NCBI GenBank assembly: GCA_963833425.1
Contig: CAWHXP010000008.1
Location: 180,578 to 244,577 of the forward strand
Direction of reading: 5' to 3'
Length of the DNA: 64,000 bases
From: an uncultured Methanosarcinaceae archaeon
Lineage (GTDB): Archaea > Halobacteriota > Methanosarcinia > Methanosarcinales > Methanosarcinaceae
Position numbers and translations under genes: made by a program. Under the pieces are notes generated by a model. The model had not been told where the DNA came from. It did no database searches and worked only from the letters and a program-made list of their open reading frames with translations. Numbering within the stretch: position 1 is the stretch's first letter; every line of letters begins with the position of its first letter. Positions 46,379 to 57,477 of the stretch are shown here, piece by piece.

Positions 46379-48091
46379 TCAAAATTTAAAGGGCTTGCTT
46401 ATAGCCTTCACAAAACTCGCAGGGCTTTCTCCAATTACCCAGTTTTCTGTATTCCTTATGAGATATGTGTGATCAGAAACCTGTTCTAGTCCACCTTCAT
46501 TACAGTTTCCTATTATTAGGGAAAAAATCCGGGCTTTTCTTTCGGCTTTTATTTCATTCCATTCCCTGATAAGATGTATTTCTGAAAGTTCGGATACACC
46601 ATCGGTAAGGAAAAGGATGTCTGCTCCCTCAAAAGCTTTTTCATTTTTCATAGCTTTCAGGCCTGCACGTAGTGCGGTATTGAAATCGGTGCCACCGCCA
46701 AAAGTAAATTTTAGGAACTCCAGAAACTCCTCACCCATACGCTTTTTATTTGTGAGCTCAATTTCAATGGTCTGCCACTTCGAAGAGAAGAGAATTACTT
46801 TAACATCCCTGTTTTCCTTCAGCATTCTCCTCGTAACTGCTAGAAGTAAGGCTTTTGCAAGAATCTCGGGGCTTCCCCGCATCGACGCCGATGTATCCAC
46901 CAAGGCGATCACGGGCCCTTTTCTCCTCTTCCCTGAAGCATCAGAGTTCCAGTTCTCCCCTATTAGCTGATATGTTAGGAGTTTTCCTTCGAGCATATCA
47001 GCATAGAATTTGCGCTTCAGAAGGGGGTTTTTTAGCTTTACGGTTTCTACTGGAAGCAATGTCTGTATATCGCTTGAAAAAGTAATTGAATGTACTTCGC
47101 TTTTGCTGTATGGTGATAGGTTTAGTTTTTTTGAGCCGTACTCAAGTTCAATTCTTCCAATATGTTTCAAGATTTCGTGAAGGTAATAATTTTTCCTGAG
47201 CATTGATGCATATTTTTCCAGGTTTCCAAAGTATTCCCTGTGCAAAGCTTGCAGGGAGTGATCCCACATTCTACCCGGAAAGAGCATTGAGAGGATTTCG
47301 AGCATTTCTAGGTAGTCTTCAAGGATAGGAATGAATTCTTCAATTTTTGCAGCTATTTTTTCTCCGACCGCAGAATCAAGAATCTCTTCTGCATTTTCTG
47401 AAGACATAAACTCCTGAGTCAGTGAGAAGAGTTTTTCGGATCCCACAGTTAATCCAGGCTGAGGGGCCAGATTTTTTCCGACCTCGCCCTCTAAACTTTT
47501 CAGGAAGTTTTCTTTGTTATTCTCTTCAGTTACATGTTTCGGAGGCGTATCCTGCTTTTCCTGCCAGTGGGAAGTTAGGTCCATCAGTTGTAACTTGTTC
47601 TTTTCCCAAACAGCTTTAGTTTCATTTATCAGATCTTCCAGAGCTTTAATACTTTTTTTTAAGCTCTTAGGAAACTTCTTTGAAAACTCTGCTTCCATTT
47701 TTCCACATTCATCCAGAAGTGTAAAGAGTTCTTTAAGCAGAGTTCTTAGGATAAAGACTCCTGCCATGTTGTTGTCTTCAGTAATAGCTTTTATTTTGGC
47801 CCAAACCGTAAAATCCCTCATGCTCAGAAAGATGGGATAAAAAACTCCAAATTTGCCCATAAACAATTTTTCATCTTTTATTTCATACCCTTTTTCTGAA
47901 AAAAGCTCATAAATTAAAATTTCTGCAATTTCTTCCCTTAGCTGCCTCGGAACTCTTCGTGGAGTGGCCAAGATTTCCCTCAGTTCTGTGTTCAGTATCG
48001 CAGAAGGATTGAATGTCCGGTTGAAGGATAAGGATGAACCTGATCCTGGTATTTCTTCATATTTATCCCTCAAGTTTTTTAATTCCTGCAT
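46379..48091 (-). CDS. VWA-domain protein, ViaA-like
   Basis: LLPVE, GPVIALVDTSASMRG (MIDAS), FGGGTDF, ADILFLTDG. Confidence 0.88.
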   Translation of the reverse strand: MQELKNLRDKYEEIPGSGSSLSFNRTFNPSAILNTELREILATPRRVPRQLREEIAEILIYELFSEKGYEIKDEKLFMGKFGVFYPIFLSMRDFTVWAKIKAITEDNNMAGVFILRTLLKELFTLLDECGKMEAEFSKKFPKSLKKSIKALEDLINETKAVWEKNKLQLMDLTSHWQEKQDTPPKHVTEENNKENFLKSLEGEVGKNLAPQPGLTVGSEKLFSLTQEFMSSENAEEILDSAVGEKIAAKIEEFIPILEDYLEMLEILSMLFPGRMWDHSLQALHREYFGNLEKYASMLRKNYYLHEILKHIGRIELEYGSKKLNLSPYSKSEVHSITFSSDIQTLLPVETVKLKNPLLKRKFYADMLEGKLLTYQLIGENWNSDASGKRRKGPVIALVDTSASMRGSPEILAKALLLAVTRRMLKENRDVKVILFSSKWQTIEIELTNKKRMGEEFLEFLKFTFGGGTDFNTALRAGLKAMKNEKAFEGADILFLTDGVSELSEIHLIREWNEIKAERKARIFSLIIGNCNEGGLEQVSDHTYLIRNTENWVIGESPASFVKAISKPFKF

Positions 48092-48181
48092 ATCTTTCCT
48101 TTTCCTAAGTTTTTTTAAGCTTTTGAGATATTTTTAATCAAGGCTTATTTCGTTTTAGCTGGAATTTCTTCATTCATAGTC

Positions 48182-49696
48182 TCAAGACATTTCTCCTGCT
48201 TTTCTAATTGACACATCAAATACCCTTGGCTTTTCCAGCAGGAGCCGTATTTCATTTAGGCTGCTTGCAATCTCGTAAATATCCGTGTTTTTGGAACGGT
48301 ATTTCATTAGGATTTCCTGGATGTCCTGCTCTGAAATCCAAATATTTTCTCTCAGGGTATTCTCAAGAGCTTGTTCTTCTTCTTGAATTTGTTTTTTAAA
48401 ATATTTCAGTCTCTCCTGGAAGTTTTCGAACTCTTTTTCATAGAGCTTCTTATCTCCATAGTTGAGGCTGATCTTGAATTCAAACCCGTATTTACTGTGG
48501 AGTTTTTCTGCAAGCAACTCAAAGCTCAGGGAACTGTTAAGATTGCTGTAATCGATCCCAAAGCTGTAGGTATGGGTCGGGAACTCGGTATGATGCTTCA
48601 GTAGATCAAGTGAGTTATCGAATGTCAGGTTCTTCTGGGTTTTTATTCCGGAAAATCTTGAGCTTTTCATACCACCTGTTGTTATCCTATCCTCTGCATA
48701 GCACTTATTACAAGTCAGAAGATCCGGGAGTTCCTGCTGCAGGCAACTGTAAATCGAGTTTTTCAGATCAAAAACATTCGATTTAAGTTTTCCAGTATCC
48801 GTTCCTCCTGAAACAACTCTGTCCAGGATAAGCTTCCTTATTGCTTCCTTCTGTTCAGGCACTTCCCAGAGCATATGCTGGAGTAGAACAGCAGTCATCC
48901 TGTTTACGCTGGCATGCCTATTTACGGCTGAAGCTACTCTGAGCACGTTTACAATCTTTTTCCAACGCCTGTCCGAAATGAAAATATTGGAGTTTCTAAG
49001 TTCCCTTCTTAGCTCTTTTATAATCGTCCGAACTTCAGGATCAAAAGTGAGATCTTTTGCTTTCTTCTGGGTTTTCTTTATATCCTCTATATTGAGTTTC
49101 ATTAAGGGCACGAAATCTTCCGTATTTTTGAAGATGAGATCTTCAAGGTTCTCTTCGTGCTGAATATAATCTACCCTGTACCTGAAAAGAAAACGGTCAT
49201 AAAGGGCTTCGAGACTCTCATCTTCTTCAGGTAGCTCGTTGGAAGCCCCGAAAACGGAGAAAAGAGGCACCTCAATAATCTCCTTGCCGTTGTGGTACTT
49301 TCTCTCGTTCAGCACGGTCAACAGGCTGTTTAAGATGGAGCTGTTTGCCTTGAAAATTTCGTCAAGAAGAGCGATATGGGCAGTCGGCAGATAACCATCT
49401 ATTCGTCTGCTGAACTCATCCCTTTCGAGTGCCTTTAGAGAAAGCGGTCCAAATACCTCTTCAGGCGTGGAAAAACGGGTCAAAAGATAATGGAAAAAAT
49501 TCCCTCCTTCGATAGTTTCGCAGATTTTGCTTGCAAGCAGAGTTTTTGCAGTTCCTGGAGGGCCAAGCAATAGGACGTGTTCGCTTGAAAGGAGTGCAAG
49601 AAGAGATCCATTAATTTCGGCATCCCTTTCTTTAAAATAACCTGCAAATTCCTGTTTGATACTGATGATGGTACTTTTTAAATCCAGAACTTTCAT
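48182..49696 (-). CDS. MoxR/RavA-like AAA+ ATPase
   Basis: GPPGTAKT, LLTRFSTPEEVFGP, LLDEIFKANSSILNSLL, ASNELP, ALYDRF, SDRRWKK. Confidence 0.92.
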   Translation of the reverse strand: MKVLDLKSTIISIKQEFAGYFKERDAEINGSLLALLSSEHVLLLGPPGTAKTLLASKICETIEGGNFFHYLLTRFSTPEEVFGPLSLKALERDEFSRRIDGYLPTAHIALLDEIFKANSSILNSLLTVLNERKYHNGKEIIEVPLFSVFGASNELPEEDESLEALYDRFLFRYRVDYIQHEENLEDLIFKNTEDFVPLMKLNIEDIKKTQKKAKDLTFDPEVRTIIKELRRELRNSNIFISDRRWKKIVNVLRVASAVNRHASVNRMTAVLLQHMLWEVPEQKEAIRKLILDRVVSGGTDTGKLKSNVFDLKNSIYSCLQQELPDLLTCNKCYAEDRITTGGMKSSRFSGIKTQKNLTFDNSLDLLKHHTEFPTHTYSFGIDYSNLNSSLSFELLAEKLHSKYGFEFKISLNYGDKKLYEKEFENFQERLKYFKKQIQEEEQALENTLRENIWISEQDIQEILMKYRSKNTDIYEIASSLNEIRLLLEKPRVFDVSIRKAGEMS

Positions 49697-50142
49697 AAAT
49701 CCAAAACCTTTATAAATTTATCTTTTTCAGCATCTCGTCTTTACTTCGCTGGGAGGATTTTACAATAATGAGCCACGTAGACGATTAAAACAATATTAAA
49801 AATGAACTCACCATTTTTATGGGCCTTGCTTTACTTAATTTTTTCAAAAAAAAATTCTATTTTAGGGTACATGTTTCTGCGGGTTATGTCTTTTCCTGGT
49901 GATATATTTTACTGCCATTATATGCTAAAATAACCATCTTTTAGCAAATCTTATGTGCTCACCCAGGGTACACATATGATTAAAGTCTCTTCTAGTTTTG
50001 TCTCTTGCCATCCGAAGAAGTTCTGCAGAAAGAGCTTGATTACTACCGAGAGTGATTTGAATTATCTAGAAATAAGATTATTCTTGGTGACGAAAAAATA
50101 AAAATCAATATCCAGAATGAATCAATATTCGGAAGACTTTGC

Positions 50143-50440
50143 ATGAATGATTTTAAGCGTGAAAAATATAGCCGGTAGATCCTTCTTTGTGGGGAAGAGG
50201 GGTAGGAAAAGTTTCTTTATATAAACTTTGACATCGAGATCTAAACCACAGGAGAAATGCTTATGGAATCATATATCTAATCCCAAATTCCTGAATGTGA
50301 TATTTTCGTCGATACCCTTTATAACCTCGAAATGTGACAGCGGCTTAACAAGATTTCCGTAAAAAAGAATTCATCTACTTCATGGAGCAGTTACCGGGTA
50401 TGATGGCCAGGTAACAACAATAATTCCTGGAAAAAAACTC
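50143..50440 (+). pseudogene. ThiF/MoeB-family remnant
   Basis: MNDFKREKYSR*ILLCGEEG*EK and LLHGAVTGYDGQVTTIIPGK with internal deletion. Confidence 0.7.
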
Positions 50441-51205
50441 TTTTACTACATTTTCCCGCATATTTCCGAAAAAGAAGTTTTTCTGGTTTTAGAGACAAAT
50501 ACAGGAATTAATAGTTTCATACAGTCGAATTAAGTAATTAAATTCCTGACAAGAAAAGGAAAACTTCTGGGAGGTCGCCTCCTATTCTTTAATGGATTTT
50601 TAAGAAATTTCAATGAAATTTCACTCTCAAAGTTAAACAATTGTCTGGTTTGGGATATTTTAATGAAATAAACAACAATAAATAAAAATAAATGAATATC
50701 TACCTTTGTTCAGGCATGTAAACCTTTATTCAAGTTCCCTTCCTGTTGATCAAGTTTTATGTATTCTCAGTAATACTATCCTATAAGGTACGTCACACCC
50801 AACATTCTGCAGATAGCCGCAAAAATTATATCCATTTTCGTAATGCTCAAGTAGTATAAAATTTGATCCCGCTTTAAGGAAGAATATTTGGCAAATCGGC
50901 AAATAAATGATACAAGTGTGTCATTTGCTGGATGTAGGTTTAAAGAAATAAATGTGAGCTTTGTTTTGTAAATCTAAACTCAGTGAGTACAAAAATCTCT
51001 CTGCATTTTAATTAAATTCATATTTTGAATCGTTTTTTTGGAATTGATCAAAATACATTAACACTACCCAAAAATGGCAAGTTTAGAATTATTAAATTGG
51101 TTTGCATTCTGATGAAAATCGATCTCGATATTATGAGAATGAAATTAATTTTGCAATGTCAAGTTAGATATACTATAAAAAAACATAATCAGTAGGTGAA
51201 GGTTC

Positions 51206-51721
51206 GTGATAAATCCTATCATAGGTCGGGTCTGGAAATTTGGAGACGATATTGATACTGATGTGATTATCCCAGGAAAATACCTGCGGACCAAGGAGAT
51301 GGAGGTTTTTGCAGCCCATGTAATGGAAGGTATCGATCCTGAATTCGCAAAAAGAGTGGAGCACGGAGATATTATTGTTGCAGGAACCAATTTCGGCTGT
51401 GGCTCATCAAGGGAACAAGCTCCACTTGCTCTGAAACATGCAGGAATAGCCTGCGTTATAGCAAAGTCCTTTGCAAGGATTTTTTTCAGAAATGCAATAA
51501 ATGTTGGATTGCCTCTCTTGGAAGCAGATATCGAATGTCAGGATGGGTGTGAGGTCAAAGTTGATCTGCTAAATGGTGAGATTGAAGTTTCCGGAAAAAG
51601 TATATTCAAAGGAAACAAACTGCCGGATTTCCTACTAGAAATACTGAATAATGGTGGACTTGTGGCTCATAGGAAGAAATTTCAGGTAAGTAAAGAGCAA
51701 CCAGATCTACGACCTATTTAA
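51206..51721 (+). CDS. hacB: Homoaconitase-type (LeuD-family) small subunit
   Basis: [41 protein letters not shown]; the YLRT loop is the homoaconitase signature rather than the IPMI one. Confidence 0.8.
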   Translation: MINPIIGRVWKFGDDIDTDVIIPGKYLRTKEMEVFAAHVMEGIDPEFAKRVEHGDIIVAGTNFGCGSSREQAPLALKHAGIACVIAKSFARIFFRNAINVGLPLLEADIECQDGCEVKVDLLNGEIEVSGKSIFKGNKLPDFLLEILNNGGLVAHRKKFQVSKEQPDLRPI

Positions 51722-51756
51722 AAGAATTCGATAACCAATTAAATCGGTATCTATCC

Positions 51757-52614
51757 ATGATTTTTCCTGACGAATATAAACATGTGGCTGTGAAACGATT
51801 CACTAATTTGGCTGCTGAAAAGCTTATTTACTTTTTGACTGACTACCTCATCGTCGAAAAGGAAAAATATGATACCTACAATGCCAATTATGAGGTTTAT
51901 TATGTAAAAAAAAGCGGGGAAGGACTGTTCAGAAAGGTTGAATGCCTTGAACTTATTGCATCTGGAGAAGAAGTATACAAGTATAATAAGGAACTGAATA
52001 TAAAGAATCGTAGCCTTCTGATCGAAACTGCAGTAAACCTCTGCTCAGGCAAAGTCAATACTATAATTTTTACAGGCTTGGACAAACACGTTACATTTGT
52101 TCATAAACCTGATCCTTCCAGCATCCTTGATATAGAGGTACTTGACGTCGTTCCCCCCGAGCCTTCCTGGCTTTCCATGGTCGTAAGGAGGTTAGAAGCC
52201 AGTGGAATTTTTGGTGACCTACAAGTCCATTTTGTTGAAAAAGTAATTGACCTCCGATATTTTGAAGGGATAAATACTGTTTTTCCATGTAGTTCTTCTG
52301 GGCTCAAAGGAAAATGCCTGGATTCGGATATACTCACCGAAAACGGACACCTTCTTGTAGGGTGTGAGATCTCAAAGACCATTTTTGAACTGCGCTTTCC
52401 GGAACTTGAATATTCCTTCATAAATATATGCCCGTTAAAGTCCGAAATAGTGGCTCCATCAAAACCTTTCATTACGCGTTGCTGCAGGTCTGAAAATTCA
52501 GGACTTGTAAATATTTCCAACTTTGAAGGAGTTGTTGTCCACTGGGGAGATTCGGAATATCAAGTTGCTAAGGCCATTAAAAACCTTGTCCACACGATCA
52601 GGAATAATCAATAG
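51757..52614 (+). CDS. Conserved hypothetical Cys-rich methanogen protein
   Basis: Long ORF directly behind hacB; FPC, VGCEIS, NICP, RCCR, VVHWG. Confidence 0.75.
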   Translation: MIFPDEYKHVAVKRFTNLAAEKLIYFLTDYLIVEKEKYDTYNANYEVYYVKKSGEGLFRKVECLELIASGEEVYKYNKELNIKNRSLLIETAVNLCSGKVNTIIFTGLDKHVTFVHKPDPSSILDIEVLDVVPPEPSWLSMVVRRLEASGIFGDLQVHFVEKVIDLRYFEGINTVFPCSSSGLKGKCLDSDILTENGHLLVGCEISKTIFELRFPELEYSFINICPLKSEIVAPSKPFITRCCRSENSGLVNISNFEGVVVHWGDSEYQVAKAIKNLVHTIRNNQ

Positions 52615-52851
52615 AAGTTAAAAACCGTCAATAAAAATTTAACAGTGTGTTTATGGTACCTAAGTTTGATAATATTCACTAATTTCTAATGAAAATCAAT
52701 GTTTTTTATCTCGAATTGGTTTGACAAAACTTATGAGTATAGGACTTAATCAAACCCCCTATGGTAGGTCCTGTTACTACTTGCTTTATCTTACCCTTAT
52801 CGGATCCAAAAAATATCTTAAATCGCTCCACATTCGTTCATTTTTGACTTG

Positions 52852-52976
52852 GAGCCTATTCGAAACGTCAATAGTGACATGCTGCAAAAGTTATAATTGA
52901 TCGACAACATTCAAGTGCCTATTCTAGTTGTGTATTGAAAAGTTGTAGCTGGTTACAAAAATTTTCGGAAAGGCTC
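52852..52976. mobile_element. Putative 125-bp MITE
   Basis: Imperfect TIR GAGCCTATTCGAAA ... TTTCGGAAAGGCTC. Confidence 0.5.
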
Positions 52977-53364
52977 TATGTTAAATCACTTTTATGCCAA
53001 AATCCTTCATTTTGCTTTAGCTAACACTTTGTGATTAGATGTTAACAGCATTTTGAAATCAGTATTTACATAGAACTACCAAGAATGTTTATACAGTCCA
53101 TTTGGAAATATAGCCCTGGCACGATTTTGTACTAAATTTTGCTTTTTAGTTTAATAGAATGATGCCTATGTTCCTGACCATGAATCGATTGTTCTAAGTT
53201 TTTGAAATGTTAATTTTTACTGGACTTACTATAATTTCTAATTTATGTCGCATTATTTGCAAGTATACTATAAAGGGAATAAAACTGAAAAGACAATTAG
53301 ATCGTAACTGAGAAATAAGAAAAACCTTAAAGAATTTTCCCTTGCTTTTTAATCAGAAAAGTAG

Positions 53365-54000
<636 letters not shown>

Positions 54001-54783
54001 CTACTATTTTTATATGCTACTAGATGATTCTTCACGCTCTATTAACTTAGTTTATTCTTTTTTATAATCAGGTAAGTTTTCCTTAAGTAATATACCATGA
54101 TGATCCGAATACTTCGGAACAAATTTTACACTACTCGTTGCAATTTGTGCTTTTAGCAAGTTCAAGTTCTTAATATTCCATATGAAATTTCCAGCATCTT
54201 TAGTGTTTCCAAAACTGAATCTCTCACTTCATGCAACAGCTATCGGATACTAATAATAAAAATTATTATCCAGAAAATGGCCAGAAATTCTCATAAATTA
54301 ACGGTTTCTAACTAGCTTATGGATCACTATACACATCATTTCCATATATAAATAAATCGGTCAGAAACACCTATGCCCTGTTATCCATATCCTCAACTGA
54401 TAGAGGAAAGTCCAGAACACATGATGCAGTGTTTGTGCTCATCCACCGTAATAGGTTCTTTAAATATTTCAAAATCCTTTTCTACATGGATAAAATGTGA
54501 AAGTAAAAAGCTTAATTGAAAAAGAAATCTTTTGGCAGCCCAGATAACCTTTTCCTGAACTCTTCTACCAATTATCAGGAGTAAGCTACTTTTGGGAACG
54601 AGGCGATGCATATCATCTCGTAAGCTCTATACTAGAGCAGCTTGAACAGAGTTTTTCACCTTGAGACTATAATTCATGAGCTCGCTGTGCCTAAGAGGGT
54701 GTCTAAATTTTTTGGGGACCGAAGTCGTGTAGACGCAACCAACGGACTTTATGGTTTTTAAAGGCTGACAATAGCCCGGTATT

Positions 54784-55923
54784 TCAAATCTTCTTGAGCA
54801 TCAGAGACATTATGCCTGGCCTGGAAGAGCCCATTGTCTGTGGCAAAAAAATTTCCGTTCCACAGGAACCGAACATTTCGTCGTTGAACCTTGTTGTTAT
54901 TTCGTCAAAAATCATCCTGTATGCGGTGCAATAAGGATCAATACCCCTTATTTCACCGCTTGTGGGAAGTATGGCATTGTATGGGCATCCTCCCCTACAG
55001 TATTTAATATGAGCGCATTTACCACATTCCTTGTCCACATATTCTTTAAACTGGTTCAAGCGTTCCCATGCATTGGATTGGGAAAGGTCTTCCATAGTCG
55101 GATGGTTATACACATTACCCATAATCCATTCATCCATGCCCACAAAGCGATAACACGGATATATATTTCCTTCAGGTCCCACTGCAAATGTGTCTCCCAT
55201 GCAATCAACATATGTGCAGACAGTTCCCCTTCCTGTAAATACACATTTACACAGATGATCGATATTCATAACTTCAATTCTACCTATATTTTCCAGATAT
55301 TTATCGAGAAGGTAAATTAAAAGTTCTCCATACTCTTCCGGATCAATAGTCCATTTTTTGGGATGTTCGCCTTTTAATGAAGGAAGGCATGGGTGCAATT
55401 TGAGAGTTAAACCTTGCTTAAGATAAAAATTGAAAATTTCTTCCTTGAACTTTACGGAATGAGAGGTAAAAGTGGTAATGAATCTAACATTAAGTCCATG
55501 AGCCCTTGCAATTTCGTATCCCATCATTGTTTTTGTGTAGTAGCCTGTACCCCTCTGAAAGTCATTGAGCTCTTCTGGGCCATCCAAACTAGAGCCTAGG
55601 GGAATATTGTATTCAGCAAAAATTTTAGCTATTTCCGGAGTGAGCTTCCATAGGTTTGTCTGTATCGCAAAAGCTATTTTCCGCGGGTTTAAACCTTTAA
55701 CTAATATCGGTAGGGCTTCCATATAAAATTTTGCTCCTGCCAGGAGAGGCTCCCCACCATGGAAAGTAAAAGTAACAGAATCTTCCCTAAAACTTTTGAG
55801 CCATTTAACAACTTCTGTTACCGTTTCAATGCTCATCATCGGAGATTTTTCCTCGGAACTCCAGCAGTAACCACAATTAGCAGGGCAACCAAGGGTAGGT
55901 ATAATCATTACGTGAAAAGGCAT
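54784..55923 (-). CDS. Radical SAM/SPASM enzyme, putative peptide-modifying (TIGR04083-like)
   Basis: PTLGCPANCGYC, FHGGEPLL, QTN, SLDGP; SPASM cysteines C..GNIYPC..CGKC..YCRGGC..YC. Confidence 0.85.
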   Translation of the reverse strand: MPFHVMIIPTLGCPANCGYCWSSEEKSPMMSIETVTEVVKWLKSFREDSVTFTFHGGEPLLAGAKFYMEALPILVKGLNPRKIAFAIQTNLWKLTPEIAKIFAEYNIPLGSSLDGPEELNDFQRGTGYYTKTMMGYEIARAHGLNVRFITTFTSHSVKFKEEIFNFYLKQGLTLKLHPCLPSLKGEHPKKWTIDPEEYGELLIYLLDKYLENIGRIEVMNIDHLCKCVFTGRGTVCTYVDCMGDTFAVGPEGNIYPCYRFVGMDEWIMGNVYNHPTMEDLSQSNAWERLNQFKEYVDKECGKCAHIKYCRGGCPYNAILPTSGEIRGIDPYCTAYRMIFDEITTRFNDEMFGSCGTEIFLPQTMGSSRPGIMSLMLKKI

Positions 55924-56129
55924 CTTTAAAGCTCCTTTTTTTCGGCTTCTTTAAATTATTAGTAGTTTTCTGAGTTAAGTACTTCACTGATTTTCATTCC
56001 CCAATAAACGAAGCCTAAGATTACCCTTTTATTGGTGAAAACACTTCTATACGTTTTTGCTATTCTATTAAGTGTTAATATAGTCCTAAATAAAAATCGA
56101 ATTCTTCGAATCGCAGATTCAAACAAATA

Positions 56130-56498
56130 AATACCCATAACAGTAAGAACCATTCTTCTGTTTGCAATACTTACAATAATTACCAAGGGTGAAAATAGAA
56201 CTCATTTTGGATTCAGTTCTCATGGAGTCCTAGGCTACCGTACATCTATTCTTTTTACTCTTATCCTTGCCCACTCTTCCCTCAGAACTAGAATTTCCAT
56301 AAATGAGATTACTACCTTGAGTATTTCTATTTTATAATGTACCTAGCAATTTTGGTTGTTGCCCTGGACTCAATATTTTTTGCGGCAAATTGGCGTATCC
56401 CATTTATTGATGCAAAAGACAACAGTACATGAAGATCCTGTACTGGCCTGCTATTACAGGAATTATGTTATTGATTACATTCTTGAATTTTTATTGAT
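56130..56498 (+). pseudogene. C-terminal fragment of a multi-TM membrane protein
   Basis: Frameshifted LFAILTII..LILAHSSLR..YLAILVVALDSIFFA..KILYWPAITGIMLLITFLNFY*. Confidence 0.5.
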
Positions 56499-56776
56499 AG
56501 GTATTTGATACCTTAATTTTCTTCATTTCAATGCAGAAATGTGTTTTTTTAAACTTGTGGATTCATTCGTGAACTTCCCTACATTTATCTTTTTATTAAT
56601 CTAATAATATTAATATATAATATAAACATTATTAATGATTACTGCTCAGTAAAAAAGATAATTGCTTTTTTATTAGCAGGCCAGTTAAGTTTTGTTTCAC
56701 TACGAATCGATAAGCAATGATTCAAAGATAATGCCCAAAATATAATTTTATAAATATAATAAAATTGGTGATATAA

Positions 56777-57322
56777 ATGTTTGAACTCAGAATGAAAAAG
56801 GTAATTGCCATTTTACTGGCAGTACTATTTGTAACGTCGTTGTCAGCAGTTGCAGCTAGTGCCGGACGTGGCGGTATGCATGGCGGTCACCATGGCGGTC
56901 ACCATGGCGGTCACGGTTTCGGCGGTCGAGGCGGCTTTGGTGGCGGCTACGGCGGCTACGGCGGCTGGGGCGGCTACGGCGGCTGGGGCGGCTACGGCGG
57001 CTGGGGCGGCTACGGCGGCTGGGGCGGCTACGGCGGCTATGGATGTGGAGTACCCATTTGTGCACCACCTGTCCAACCTGTCATAACGTATGCTGATCAA
57101 GTTGTCTGCAAACCTGTCACAACAATGGAAAAACAAGTTGTTCAGGAACCTGTCACAACAATGGAAAAACAAATTGTCGAAGAACCTGTCACAACAATGG
57201 TCGAAAAAGAGGTCGAAGTACCTGTCACAAAAATGGTCGAAAAGTGTGTCGACGTGCCTGTCACAACAATGGTCCAAGACGTTGTCAAAGTACCTGTTTG
57301 TGGACTTGCCCCAGTTTGTTGA
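56777..57322 (+). CDS. Secreted Gly-rich / Val-Pro repeat protein
   Basis: RBS GGTGA, signal peptide MKKVIAILLAVLFVTSLSAVAASA, (GGHH)n, (GGYGGW)4, six 12-aa PVTTM repeats. Confidence 0.85.
   Translation: MFELRMKKVIAILLAVLFVTSLSAVAASAGRGGMHGGHHGGHHGGHGFGGRGGFGGGYGGYGGWGGYGGWGGYGGWGGYGGWGGYGGYGCGVPICAPPVQPVITYADQVVCKPVTTMEKQVVQEPVTTMEKQIVEEPVTTMVEKEVEVPVTKMVEKCVDVPVTTMVQDVVKVPVCGLAPVC
56942..57040 (+). repeat. 18-bp coding tandem repeat GGCGGCTACGGCGGCTGG
   Basis: Four perfect copies at 56951-57022 plus partial flanking copies. Confidence 0.95.
57077..57292 (+). repeat. 36-bp coding repeat x6
   Basis: CCTGTCA at 57077, 57113, 57149, 57185, 57221 and 57257. Confidence 0.92.
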
Positions 57323-57405
57323 GTGTCGTAACCCTGAGTACCACTACACGACATAACAGCACGAAAGCTAACAAGAATTATAAAATAGTAGATTAAATAC
57401 AGATC

Positions 57406-57477
57406 AGAGTCTCACTGCTTAAGTAAGCTTGTTTGATCCGGTATAATACAATATCATTGACCGCAGAGTGAGACTCT
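57406..57477 (+). terminator. 3' stem-loop after the repeat-protein gene
   Basis: AGAGTCTCACT ... AGTGAGACTCT inverted repeat followed by a T-rich tract. Confidence 0.6.

Noticed and set aside
50143..50215. In-frame TAG codons as pyrrolysine read-through in the ThiF-like ORF
   Set aside because: The TAGs sit at expected Gln (CAG) positions and the gene also has deletions and frameshifts, so ordinary decay is simpler
56105..56115. TTCGAATCGCA as attR of tRNA-Leu
   Set aside because: Only 11 bp, lacks the tRNA 3' end, and core genes (cca, rps3ae) lie in between
56942..57292. Regular repeats as a CRISPR array
   Set aside because: Periods of 18 and 36 bp are in-frame coding repeats without unique spacers; no cas genes in the window
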